Origin: an uncultured Clostridia bacterium
Lineage (GTDB): Bacteria; Bacillota; Clostridia; TANB77; CAG-508
Assembly: GCA_948735595.1 (NCBI GenBank)
Contig: CAPXSA010000012.1
Span: 446-64,445 of the forward strand
DNA length: 64,000 nt
Direction: 5' to 3'
Shown here: in pieces, positions 8,848 through 18,353 of the stretch
Layout of the letters: each line of letters begins with the position of its first letter
Numbering within the stretch: position 1 is the stretch's first letter
Program-made: the position numbers and the translations under genes
Notes under the pieces: model-generated
Databases searched by the model: none
Seen by the model: the letters and a program-made list of their open reading frames with translations, nothing else
What the model was told of the DNA's origin: nothing

Positions 8848-10041
8848 ATGAATAAAATCGAAAAACTATTAGATAAATTGTGCCCTAATGGAGTGGAATA
8901 TAGATATCTAGAAGATTGTTGTAAAATACTAGACAATAAAAGAAAACCTGTAACAAAATCTGCAAGAATATCAGGAGAATACCCATATTATGGAGCAAAT
9001 GGAATACAAGATTATGTATCAGATTATATTTTTGACGGAATTTTTGTATTAGTTGGAGAAGATGGTTCTGTTATAAATGAAAATGGAAATCCGATAGTAA
9101 CATGGGCTGAAGGAAAGATATGGGTAAATAATCATGCACATATTATTGAAGAAATAGAAGGAGTTTCTTTAAGATATTTATATCATTATATTCAAACAAT
9201 TAATGTAACAAGTTTAATACATGGAAATATACCCAAATTAAATCAGGGCGATTTTAGAAAGTTTCAAATTGCTGTACCCCCGTTGGAAGTACAATATGAA
9301 ATTGTCCATATATTAGACAATTTCACAGAGCTTTCAGCAGAGCTTTCAGCAGAGCTGAAAGCTCGACAAAAACAATATAACTTTTATTTAAATAATTTGT
9401 TGAATATTGAATTATTAAAGCCTTCCAAAATAATGTATGTGAAAGACTTATTTGAGATAAAAAACGGATTAAACAAAGAAAAAAGTGCATTTGGAAAAGG
9501 AACTCCTATAGTTAATTTTACTGATGTTTATAAAAATCGATACTTAACATCAGAGATGTTAAAAGGAAAAGTAACAGTATCTCAATCTGAAATTGATAGA
9601 TATACTGTAAAAAGAGGAGATGTATTCTTTACAAGAACATCAGAGACAAAAGAAGATATTGGTATGTCAAGTACTGTTGTTGAAGATATAGAAAATTGTA
9701 CTTTTAGTGGTTTTGTATTAAGAGCGAGACCAACTACAAATTTGTTATTGCCTAAATTCTGTTCTTACTATTTTTCGACTAATCAAGTACGAAATAATAT
9801 TATTAGATATGCATCATTTACAACAAGAGCAACGACAAGTGGACCTAAATTAGCAAAAATACCAGTACCAATTATACCTTTAAAAGATCAAGAGCGAATA
9901 GTAAATATATTGGATAGATTTGACAAACTATGTAACGATATATCATTAGGTTTACCTGCAGAAATCGAAGCAAGACAAAAACAATATGAATATTATAGAG
10001 ATAAATTATTAACATTTAAAGAATTAAAAAATGAGGGATAA
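8848..10041 (+). CDS. hsdS: Type I restriction-modification specificity subunit (two TRDs)
   Basis: Two target-recognition halves. Each ends in a conserved helix: ...ELSAELSAELKARQKQYNFY and ...LPAEIEARQKQYEYYRDKLL. Confidence 0.9.
   Translation: MNKIEKLLDKLCPNGVEYRYLEDCCKILDNKRKPVTKSARISGEYPYYGANGIQDYVSDYIFDGIFVLVGEDGSVINENGNPIVTWAEGKIWVNNHAHIIEEIEGVSLRYLYHYIQTINVTSLIHGNIPKLNQGDFRKFQIAVPPLEVQYEIVHILDNFTELSAELSAELKARQKQYNFYLNNLLNIELLKPSKIMYVKDLFEIKNGLNKEKSAFGKGTPIVNFTDVYKNRYLTSEMLKGKVTVSQSEIDRYTVKRGDVFFTRTSETKEDIGMSSTVVEDIENCTFSGFVLRARPTTNLLLPKFCSYYFSTNQVRNNIIRYASFTTRATTSGPKLAKIPVPIIPLKDQERIVNILDRFDKLCNDISLGLPAEIEARQKQYEYYRDKLLTFKELKNEG
9326..9361 (+). repeat. 12-nt tandem repeat CAGAGCTTTCAG x2 plus a partial third unit in the hsdS central conserved region (encodes (S)AEL repeats)
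   Basis: Units at 9326-9337 and 9338-9349 are identical. 9350-9361 CAGAGCTGAAAG is diverged. Confidence 0.85.
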
Positions 10042-10044
10042 TAA

Positions 10045-13000
10045 ATGAATAAATATAATGTAGTAATGGAAACAAGTACTTCAACAGTTGTTGCTGAATA
10101 TGAGCCATTAAAAAGAAAATCAGATAGCTATCAAAGTGAAGCAGCTCTTGAACATGAATTTATAAGAATGCTAACTGAACAAGGATATGATTATTTAGAA
10201 ATACATGAACAAGATACTTTAGTGAAAAATCTTCGTACACAATTAGAGCTATTAAATGATTATAAATTTAGCGAAAATGAATGGGATAGATTTTTCAATA
10301 ACAATATAGCAAATAATAATGATGGTATTGTAGAAAAAACTAGAAAAATTCAAGAGGATCATATTCAAGTATTAAAAAAAGATGATGGAACAAGCAAAAA
10401 TATTTATCTTTTAGATAAAAAGAATATTCATAACAATAGATTACAAGTCATAAATCAGTATGTTGAAAATAATGGGAACTATGATAATAGATATGATGTT
10501 ACTATTCTTGTAAATGGAATTCCCTTAGTTCATGTTGAATTAAAAAGAAGAGGTGTTGCTTTAAAAGAAGCATTCAATCAAATAAATAGATATCAAAGAG
10601 ACAGTTTTTGGGCAGGTAGTGGGCTTTATGAATATATACAGATATTTGTTATATCAAATGGAACAAATACAAAATATTATTCTAATACTACAAGAGAAAG
10701 TCATATAAAAGAACAGAGTCAAACTAGAAATAAGAGTAAAAAAACAAGTAATAGTTTTGAATTTACAAGTTATTGGGCAGATGCAAATAATAAAGTAATA
10801 AATGATTTAGTTGATTTTACTAGAACTTTTTTATCAAAACATACTATTTTGAATATATTAACAAAATATTGTGTATTTACTTCTGAAGAACTTTTATTAG
10901 TAATGAGACCTTATCAAATTGTCGCAACAGAAAGAATACTTAATAAAATAGAAGTATCTACTAATTATAAAAAAATGGGAACCATTGATGCGGGAGGATA
11001 TATTTGGCATACAACAGGTTCAGGTAAAACATTAACATCATTTAAGACAGCTCAACTTGCAACTAATTTAGATTATATAGACAAAGTATTATTTGTAGTA
11101 GATAGAAAAGATTTAGACTATCAAACAATGAAAGAATATGATAGATTTGAGAAAGGTGCAGCTAACGGTAATAGGAGTACAAAAGTACTTCAAAAACAAT
11201 TAGAAGATACAACTTCAAGAATAATTGTTACAACTATTCAAAAATTAAGTGAATTTGTAAAAAGAAATCCAAGTCATCCAGTATTTCAAAAGCATTTAGT
11301 ATTGATATTTGATGAATGTCATCGTTCTCAATTTGGTGATATGCACAAAATGATAGTTAAGAACTTTAAAAATTACCATTTATTTGGGTTTACAGGAACA
11401 CCTATATTTGCTAAAAATGCTACTAATAAGTCTAATCCTGATTTTTGCACAACTGAGCAGGCTTTTGGAGATAAGTTACATACATATACAATAGTTGATG
11501 CTATAAATGATGGAAATGTACTTCCATTTAGAATTGATTATATAAATACAATTAAGAAAAAAGAAGAAATGACAGACAAAGAAGTACAAGCTATAAATAC
11601 TGAAGAAGCTTTATCTTCTCATGAAAGAGTTAGCAATGTAGTAAGTTATATAATTGAACACTTTGACCAAAAAACAAAAAGAAATTCGTTTTATGATTTA
11701 AAAGGACAAAGATTAAAAGGCTTCAATTCAATGTTTGCAGTAGCATCAATACCAATGGCAAAGAAATATTATTTAGAATTAAAAAAGCAATTAGAAGAAA
11801 AACATAAGGATTTGACTATTGCAACGATATATTCTTTTGCAGCAAATGAAGAAGATACTACTGATGGAATATTAGATGATGAGGGATTTGAAACAGAATT
11901 ATTAGACCAAAGTTCAAGAGAATTTTTAGATTTTGCAATAGATGAATATAATAAAAAATTTAAAACAAACTTTTCATCAGAAGGTAATGGTTTTCAAGAT
12001 TATTATAAAGACTTATCAGATAGAGTTAAGAAGAGAGAAGTTGATTTACTTATAGTTGTAAATATGTTTTTAACAGGTTTTGATGCTACAACACTAAATA
12101 CATTATGGGTAGATAAAAATTTAAAGCAACATGGACTAATTCAAGCATACTCAAGAACTAATCGTATCTTAAATTCTGTAAAATCTTATGGTAATATAGT
12201 TTGTTTTAGAGATTTACAAGAACAAACCAATGATGCAATAGCATTATTTGGAGATAAAGATGCATCAGGAATAGTTTTGTTAAAATCTTATGAAGATTAT
12301 TACTATGGATATGAAGATGAAAAAGGCAAAAAACAAAAAGGATATGAAGAAAGAATAGCAGAATTACTTCAAAAATATCCATTAGGAGAACAAATAATAG
12401 GTGAACAAGCTCAAAAAGACTTTATGGTTTCTATGGGAAATATTTTAAGACTTAAAAATATACTATCTTCATTTGATAGATTTGAAGGAAATGAAATACT
12501 TTCTGAAAGAGATTTCCAAGACTACATAGGAACTTATACAGATTTATATGAAGAATTTAAATCCAGAAAAGATAATGGAAAAGTAGAAAGTATAAAAGAT
12601 GATGTAGTATTTGAGATGGAACTTGTAAAACAAGTAGAAGTAAATATTGATTATATATTGATGTTAGTTGCAAAATATCATCAATCAAATTGCACAGATA
12701 AAGAAATATTAGGTTCAATTGATAAAGCAATAAAATCAAGTTTAGCACTTCGTTCTAAAAAAGAGCTTATTGAAACATTTATATCAAAAATAAATACAAA
12801 TACAGATGTAATGAGTGATTGGACTAAATTTGTTAAAGAACAAGAAGAAATTGACCTAAGAAATTTAATTGAAGAAGAAAACTTGAATGATGAAGAAACA
12901 AGAAAATTTATAGATAATGCATTTAGAGATGGACAAGTTAAAACAACAGGGACAGATATTGAAAAAATATTACCACCAATGAGAAGATTCGGCGGAGGTA

Positions 13001-13176
13001 ATAGGGCAGAAAGAAAAGAATCAATAATTGAGAAAATAAAGAAATTCTTTGAAAAATATTTTGGAATTTGGAGTTCAAATAATAACGAAGATACTATAGT
13101 ATATGATATTACAGAAGATGATACTGAAAGCTTAGCAATGGTAGCTGAAGAAGGAGAAGAATATAAGCATGAATAA
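10045..13176 (+). CDS. hsdR: Type I restriction enzyme R subunit (helicase-nuclease)
   Basis: Motif I HTTGSGKTLT, motif II FDECHRSQ. 1043 aa. Immediately follows hsdS. Confidence 0.95.
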   Translation: MNKYNVVMETSTSTVVAEYEPLKRKSDSYQSEAALEHEFIRMLTEQGYDYLEIHEQDTLVKNLRTQLELLNDYKFSENEWDRFFNNNIANNNDGIVEKTRKIQEDHIQVLKKDDGTSKNIYLLDKKNIHNNRLQVINQYVENNGNYDNRYDVTILVNGIPLVHVELKRRGVALKEAFNQINRYQRDSFWAGSGLYEYIQIFVISNGTNTKYYSNTTRESHIKEQSQTRNKSKKTSNSFEFTSYWADANNKVINDLVDFTRTFLSKHTILNILTKYCVFTSEELLLVMRPYQIVATERILNKIEVSTNYKKMGTIDAGGYIWHTTGSGKTLTSFKTAQLATNLDYIDKVLFVVDRKDLDYQTMKEYDRFEKGAANGNRSTKVLQKQLEDTTSRIIVTTIQKLSEFVKRNPSHPVFQKHLVLIFDECHRSQFGDMHKMIVKNFKNYHLFGFTGTPIFAKNATNKSNPDFCTTEQAFGDKLHTYTIVDAINDGNVLPFRIDYINTIKKKEEMTDKEVQAINTEEALSSHERVSNVVSYIIEHFDQKTKRNSFYDLKGQRLKGFNSMFAVASIPMAKKYYLELKKQLEEKHKDLTIATIYSFAANEEDTTDGILDDEGFETELLDQSSREFLDFAIDEYNKKFKTNFSSEGNGFQDYYKDLSDRVKKREVDLLIVVNMFLTGFDATTLNTLWVDKNLKQHGLIQAYSRTNRILNSVKSYGNIVCFRDLQEQTNDAIALFGDKDASGIVLLKSYEDYYYGYEDEKGKKQKGYEERIAELLQKYPLGEQIIGEQAQKDFMVSMGNILRLKNILSSFDRFEGNEILSERDFQDYIGTYTDLYEEFKSRKDNGKVESIKDDVVFEMELVKQVEVNIDYILMLVAKYHQSNCTDKEILGSIDKAIKSSLALRSKKELIETFISKINTNTDVMSDWTKFVKEQEEIDLRNLIEEENLNDEETRKFIDNAFRDGQVKTTGTDIEKILPPMRRFGGGNRAERKESIIEKIKKFFEKYFGIWSSNNNEDTIVYDITEDDTESLAMVAEEGEEYKHE

Positions 13177-13327
13177 AGAAGAATTATTGCCGTTTGTAAA
13201 ATTTATAACAGAAATGGATAAGAAAATGGTGGATGAGGATAGACAACATAATTTATCTAAAGAACAAAAAGAGATGATAAAACAATTTTTAGATCAATGT
13301 TATGAAAATTTTAAAAATAGTAATTAA
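13169..13327 (+). CDS. Small hypothetical ORF (52 aa) overlapping the hsdR stop
   Basis: ATG overlaps the hsdR end (cATGAATAA). Below the ORF-track cutoff, read by hand. No family recognised. Confidence 0.3.
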   Translation: MNKEELLPFVKFITEMDKKMVDEDRQHNLSKEQKEMIKQFLDQCYENFKNSN

Positions 13328-13350
13328 AGGAAGAATTATAAGATTTAAAT

Positions 13351-13374
13351 AAGCAGACTCCAATGAGCCTGCTT
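13351..13374. terminator. Bidirectional hairpin terminator between convergent units
   Basis: AAGCAGACTC-CAAT-GAGCCTGCTT (9/10 bp stem), T-rich on both sides. Confidence 0.55.
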
Positions 13375-13382
13375 TACCTTTA

Positions 13383-13526
13383 TTATTTTTTCTTATGTGT
13401 ATGTTTTGGTTGCCTTTGAGATAAAGCAGAACCAGCTACAGATTTTGTAGTTTTAGAAGTTCTACCATCTTTCAAAAGTTTTGATGCTTTTGAAGCAACA
13501 CTTGAACTTGTTTTTTTACAAGCCAT
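13383..13526 (-). CDS. Small basic hypothetical protein (47 aa, MACKKTSSSVASKASKLLKDGRTSKTTKS...)
   Basis: Hand-read ORF with RBS GAAAGGCGGTGA upstream of the ATG. Lys/Ser/Thr-rich. Confidence 0.3.
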   Translation of the reverse strand: MACKKTSSSVASKASKLLKDGRTSKTTKSVAGSALSQRQPKHTHKKK

Positions 13527-13661
13527 AAGAATCACCGCCTTTCTGGGATAAAATTTTTCCTCCTTTGATTTTCATTAGAAAACTGATAACAATAAAATAA
13601 TAGCAAAGCCCAAATAAAAGTCAACATTTTTGAATAATGAAACGGGACTGTAAAGGTCCCG

Positions 13662-13928
13662 TTATTGTAAATTTTCAGAAATCCAGTCCCATTGTTTTTG
13701 ATTCAACCAACCTTTTATAGGTTTGGTAACTTTGGTGATTATCATAGCATCATTCCCATCGAGATGAGATACGCATTTATCAGAAACTGTTTTTAAATCA
13801 GAAGAAGTTGAGATTAGGAATGTTGTAGTTAGATATTTGCACCATGTTCCAAAAGACTTAATATCATTTTCAACATTCTCCCTATTTTGTGTAGGTGAGT
13901 GTAAGTCATAAGATATCATATAAATCAT
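13662..13928 (-). CDS. Small hypothetical protein (88 aa) with a beta-alpha-beta-alpha-beta pattern reminiscent of Cas2-like ferredoxin folds
   Basis: Internal ATG at 13928 with RBS AAGGAGA. Sequence MIYMISYDLHSP...FLISTSS...DAMIITKV. The longer track ORF to 14159 is hydrophobic junk over the divergent promoter. Confidence 0.45.
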   Translation of the reverse strand: MIYMISYDLHSPTQNRENVENDIKSFGTWCKYLTTTFLISTSSDLKTVSDKCVSHLDGNDAMIITKVTKPIKGWLNQKQWDWISENLQ

Positions 13929-14127
13929 AAGAAATTCTCCTTCCCATTCCAAAGAAGTCAAAAAGTGTTGACTGCTAACAATAGAAAGTGTTATAATACT
14001 TCTAATAATACTTTTGCGAGAAGTTATTAAGAAGCATTTCATGTTGTTTATAACACTTGGAATGCTTTTTATTGTTAAAGAGATTATACAACTTAGAAAA
14101 TATAAAGTCAATATATTTTTAAAAAAA

Positions 14128-14169
14128 TGTCCCAAAATTATTGACATTTGTCCCAACAAAAAATATAAT
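14128..14169 (+). promoter_or_regulatory. Sigma-A-type promoter (TTGACA-17-TATAAT) for the ATPase/protease operon, flanked by two TGTCCCAA repeats 21 bp apart
   Basis: TTGACA at 14141-14146, TATAAT at 14164-14169. TGTCCCAA at 14128-14135 and 14149-14156. Confidence 0.6.
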
Positions 14170-14185
14170 ATAGTAGGGTGATAAA

Positions 14186-15223
14186 ATGAAAAAGAAAAAT
14201 GTATTAAATTTAATTAAATATTATTCAGAAAAAAATGATGAAGCATTCAGAAATGAAGCGTATGAGATAGCTAGAGAATTTGATGAAACTGGAGATTTTC
14301 AATTATCTGAATATATAATGGCATTACTGTCTAATGTTAATACTTTTGTACCACAAGGTAAAAATTACGATTTATCCTTTTTTATAAAAGTAGAACCAAG
14401 TCAATCATCTTTACCATTACCAGAAAAGATAAAAGAAGATATTATAGGTATTATAAATGCTGTAGGGCATAATGCTGGAGTAAATAAATTTTTATTTGAA
14501 GGGGCTCCAGGTACAGGTAAAACTGAAACTGTAAAACAATTGGCACGCATATTAGAAAGAGATTTGTTTTCAGTAGAATTTGATACTGTAATAGATAGCA
14601 AATTAGGACAGACATCTAAAAATATTTCAGAACTATTTAAAGAAATACAAAATTTATCACATCCAGAAAAAATAATTATTTTATTTGATGAAATAGATTC
14701 AATTGCATTAGATAGAATTAATAAAAATGATCTTAGAGAAATGGGAAGAGCAACTTCTGCAATTTTGAAAGGATTAGATACACTAAATGAAAATATTGTT
14801 TTTATAGCCACAACAAATTTATATGAATCATTTGATAAAGCATTAGTTAGAAGATTTGACTCTGTAATTAATTTTAATAGATATGAAAAAGAAGATTTAA
14901 TAGAAATATCGGAATATTTATTAAATGAAGCATTAGATAAATTTAAATTTGCAGGACGAAATGTTAAATTATTTAGAAAAATAATGAATATGATGGAAGA
15001 CATACCTTATCCAGGAGAATTAAAGAATATTATAAGAAGCTCAATAGCATTTAGCAATCCTAATGATGAATATGATTATTTGAAGAGATTATTTACATTG
15101 GTGAATAAAAATAGTAATGGTAATCTGAAAGAATTACAAGACATAGGATTAACTGTTAGAGAAATTGAAATATTAACAGGAATTTCTAAAAGTCAAGTTT
15201 CAAGGGAAATAAAGGGTGAGTAA
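14186..15223 (+). CDS. ietA: AAA+ ATPase with C-terminal HTH-like tail (IetA-like)
   Basis: Walker A FEGAPGTGKTET, Walker B IILFDEIDS. C-terminus GLTVREIEILTGISKSQVSREI. Translationally coupled to an S8 protease. Confidence 0.6.
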   Translation: MKKKNVLNLIKYYSEKNDEAFRNEAYEIAREFDETGDFQLSEYIMALLSNVNTFVPQGKNYDLSFFIKVEPSQSSLPLPEKIKEDIIGIINAVGHNAGVNKFLFEGAPGTGKTETVKQLARILERDLFSVEFDTVIDSKLGQTSKNISELFKEIQNLSHPEKIIILFDEIDSIALDRINKNDLREMGRATSAILKGLDTLNENIVFIATTNLYESFDKALVRRFDSVINFNRYEKEDLIEISEYLLNEALDKFKFAGRNVKLFRKIMNMMEDIPYPGELKNIIRSSIAFSNPNDEYDYLKRLFTLVNKNSNGNLKELQDIGLTVREIEILTGISKSQVSREIKGE

Positions 15224-15224
15224 A

Positions 15225-17444
15225 ATGAATGAATTATTACAATTAAAAGGAAAATTTTTTCAAAAGTCAAATAATTCTAAGCCAGGACCATCAAATCTTC
15301 CTAAGGGGGAATATGTTAAAATTGATCACTTAAAAAACTTAGAAAAACAGTTATTAGATTTGCGAGAATTTTGGAATGATGAAAAATATCTAAATGGGGC
15401 ATTGATAAGTGTATTTTATAAAGATGTTGTAGCAAAAAGTAGAAGAGTTAAAGGATTTCTTTCAAAGGGAGTTAAAACAGCCAATAGTTCAATAGTTGGT
15501 GCAAAATTTACAGATGGAGATAAAAGAAAACATATTATAACACATTATATAACAAAGGAAGTATTAGAAGAAACAATTAATAGAATAAGTGAGTCGATAA
15601 AAATTATATCTGAAAAATTTGGCAATGAAATTAATTATTATAATATAGAGCAAATAAACAAAAAGAATATTAATATAGAAAAATATGATATTGGCAGAAA
15701 TAATTTTGTTAATATTGTAGTTGATTCATTTTATGTTGAAAAATTTTCAATTTTAGAGGAGAAAGATGATATAAATCAAAATTCACTTATTACAATATAT
15801 AAGACAGATATTGATACCAAAGAATTGTTAGAAAAAATAGGAATAAATATATTCTCATCAAGAATATTAGACGAAACGACTATATTTTTAACACCAGATC
15901 AATTAAAAATATTAAAAAATAATGCACCATATTTAATAGCAATGAAAGTGAGTGATTTATCTAATTATAATTATGAAGATTTTTTTGCAGTAGAAGATTT
16001 GAAACCAATCTCAATCCCAGAGCCAACTAATGAACCTATAATAGGAGTAATAGATACATTATTTGATAAAAGAGTTTATTTTTCAGATTGGGTAGAGTTT
16101 GTTGATAAAACAGATGTTAATATACCTATAGAAAATAAGGACTATGAACATGGAACGGAAGTAACATCAATTATAGTAGATGGACCACAAATTAATCCAG
16201 AAATGGATGATGGATGTGGGAGATTTAGAGTTAAACATTTTGGAGTAGCTAGAGCAACTCAAATGAGTTCATTTTCAATTTTGAAAGCAATAGAAGAAAT
16301 TATTTCAAAAAATAAAGATATACATGTTTGGAATTTATCTTTAGGATCTTCATTAGAAGTAAATTCTAACTTTATATCTCCAGAAGCTGCTTATTTGGAT
16401 AAGATACAATATGAAAATAATGTGATATTTGTTATTGCAGGAACAAATAAAACAAGAGAAGATATAGAGAGAATAGGTGCACCTGCAGACTCAATAAATT
16501 CTTTAGTTGTTAATTCAGTTAATATGAGAGGTGAACCAGCTACATATGCAAGAAAAGGTATAGTTTTATCTTTTTTTAACAAACCTGATATTAGCTACTA
16601 TGGTGGAGATGAAGACAAATATATGAGAGTATGTGGACCGACTGGTGAAGGTAGGGTTACAGGAACATCATTTGCAGCACCTTGGATTGCTAGAAAGATG
16701 GCATATTTGATTGAGATATTAGGATTTCCTAGAGAAGTTGCAAAAGCATTACTTATAGATTCTGCAACTGGATGGAATGAGCAAAATTCAAATGAATTAT
16801 CATGTTTAATCGGTTATGGAATTGTACCTAAAAGAATTGAGGACATATTAAAGACATCTAATGATGAAATAAAATTTATTTTATCTGGCGAATCAGAAAA
16901 ATATGATACATATAATTACAATATTCCTGTACCAATATATGGAGATAAACATCCATTTATTGCTAAAGCTACAATGTGCTATTTTCCTAACTGTTCTAGA
17001 AATCAAGGGGTAGATTACACTAATACAGAATTAGACATATATTTTGGGAGAATAGGAGAAAAAGGAATACAGTCTATAAATGAAAATACGCAATCAATAG
17101 AAGGAGAACATTACTTGAGAGAAGAAAATGCAAGAAAGTATTATAGAAAATGGGATAATGTAAAACATATTAGACAAGTATATAAAGAAGGAATAAGACC
17201 TAAAAAAGCTTATGGAAACGGTATATGGGGAATTAGTATAAAAACTAAAGAAAGATTAGAAAAAAGAGATGGAGAAGGCATTAAATTTGGAGTTGTTGTA
17301 ACTCTTAAAGAAATAAATGGAGTAAATAGAATAGATGAATTTATCAATCTGTGTTCACTGAGAGGATGGTTAGTGAATAAGGTAAATGTAGAAAATCAAA
17401 TCGATATATATAATAAAGCAGAAGAAGATATTGAATTTGAATAA
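15225..17444 (+). CDS. ietS: Subtilisin-like S8 serine peptidase with long N-terminal extension (IetS-like)
   Basis: Catalytic triad contexts IGVIDTLFD (Asp), YEHGTEVTSII (His), TGTSFAAPWIA (Ser). ATG at 15225 follows an AGGGTGA RBS; the GTG at 15216 overlaps ietA. Confidence 0.65.
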   Translation: MNELLQLKGKFFQKSNNSKPGPSNLPKGEYVKIDHLKNLEKQLLDLREFWNDEKYLNGALISVFYKDVVAKSRRVKGFLSKGVKTANSSIVGAKFTDGDKRKHIITHYITKEVLEETINRISESIKIISEKFGNEINYYNIEQINKKNINIEKYDIGRNNFVNIVVDSFYVEKFSILEEKDDINQNSLITIYKTDIDTKELLEKIGINIFSSRILDETTIFLTPDQLKILKNNAPYLIAMKVSDLSNYNYEDFFAVEDLKPISIPEPTNEPIIGVIDTLFDKRVYFSDWVEFVDKTDVNIPIENKDYEHGTEVTSIIVDGPQINPEMDDGCGRFRVKHFGVARATQMSSFSILKAIEEIISKNKDIHVWNLSLGSSLEVNSNFISPEAAYLDKIQYENNVIFVIAGTNKTREDIERIGAPADSINSLVVNSVNMRGEPATYARKGIVLSFFNKPDISYYGGDEDKYMRVCGPTGEGRVTGTSFAAPWIARKMAYLIEILGFPREVAKALLIDSATGWNEQNSNELSCLIGYGIVPKRIEDILKTSNDEIKFILSGESEKYDTYNYNIPVPIYGDKHPFIAKATMCYFPNCSRNQGVDYTNTELDIYFGRIGEKGIQSINENTQSIEGEHYLREENARKYYRKWDNVKHIRQVYKEGIRPKKAYGNGIWGISIKTKERLEKRDGEGIKFGVVVTLKEINGVNRIDEFINLCSLRGWLVNKVNVENQIDIYNKAEEDIEFE

Positions 17445-17471
17445 TACTAAAATTTGTGATAGGAGAAGAGA

Positions 17472-18041
17472 ATGAACAAAATAGATAATGTAGAATTTTA
17501 TAAAGATTTATATTTGTTTGAAATTGCTAGAAAAGAAAATTTAAATTCTAAAATATCAACTTATATAGGACTTTTAACAGTGCTTGGAGGAATTGTTGTC
17601 TTTGAATTAGAGAATTTGTATCAAAATTTAAATGTTAATCCTATAATACAATTTGAACTTATAGTATTGATAATGATAATTTTAGGAATTAATATATATA
17701 ACTTATATAAGGCTAATCATGGTAAAGAATATAAATATTTAGATAATTCTATAGAAGTAAAAAAAGCATTTGTTGAATTGGAAAGATATTATCAGCAATA
17801 TTATGAATATTTTAAAAATGGAGAAGAAACAATAGATTCTTTAATAGAAAGAAAAAAGAAAGAAAAGCTAATAGAAATGTATATTCAATGTAGTGAAGAA
17901 AATGCTAGAGTAAATGATATTAGGAATGAAGAAACTATGAGATTTATAAATTTTTTTATAATTTCTCTAATTATAGTAGGTATTATAGGAATATATTGTA
18001 TAACTGTAAAGAAGCCTATAGATATTAATATTTTATACTAG
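17472..18041 (+). CDS. Membrane protein, about 3 predicted TM helices separated by a coiled cytoplasmic segment
   Basis: Hydrophobic stretches IGLLTVLGGIVVF, LIVLIMIILGINIY and FFIISLIIVGIIGIYCI. 27 nt downstream of the protease gene. Confidence 0.55.
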   Translation: MNKIDNVEFYKDLYLFEIARKENLNSKISTYIGLLTVLGGIVVFELENLYQNLNVNPIIQFELIVLIMIILGINIYNLYKANHGKEYKYLDNSIEVKKAFVELERYYQQYYEYFKNGEETIDSLIERKKKEKLIEMYIQCSEENARVNDIRNEETMRFINFFIISLIIVGIIGIYCITVKKPIDINILY

Positions 18042-18054
18042 GAGGTGAATTATT

Positions 18055-18180
18055 ATGTCAGATAGTGATACAAAAAAAGAAGTGGATAAAGTTACTCCAC
18101 CACCAGAACCACAATTACCAACTAAGACTTTATGCGAGAGTTTTTCAAAGAAAAACTCTAAAAATACAGAGAAAAGATAG
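18055..18180 (+). CDS. 41-aa hypothetical peptide (MSDSDTKKEVDKVTPPPEPQLPTKTLCESF...)
   Basis: Hand-read ORF with a strong RBS TAGGAGGTGA 7 nt upstream, 13 nt after the membrane ORF. Confidence 0.35.
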   Translation: MSDSDTKKEVDKVTPPPEPQLPTKTLCESFSKKNSKNTEKR

Positions 18181-18256
18181 TTAAAAATATAGATATTATT
18201 AAATGTAATTGAATAGTATAAAATTTAACTAATAAATACAAAATAATTATAATATT

Positions 18257-18298
18257 AAAGTGCAATTTTTACACTTAAAGTGCAAAAATTGCACTTTA
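18257..18298. promoter_or_regulatory. Operator-like repeats: AAAGTGCAA direct repeat (18258, 18278) and 9-bp inverted repeat AAAGTGCAA-AAA-TTGCACTTT
   Basis: Read directly. Lies 55-95 nt upstream of the Fic ORF start. Confidence 0.6.
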
Positions 18299-18353
18299 AA
18301 TATTGATATTATATCTTACAACTGATATAATATATATGTAGGAGGTATTTCTA

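Noticed and set aside
13929-14159. N-terminal 77-aa extension of the minus-strand ORF 13662-14159
   Set aside because: The extension is hydrophobic nonsense that covers the TTGACA/TATAAT promoter of the divergent operon. An internal ATG at 13928 has a good AAGGAGA RBS.
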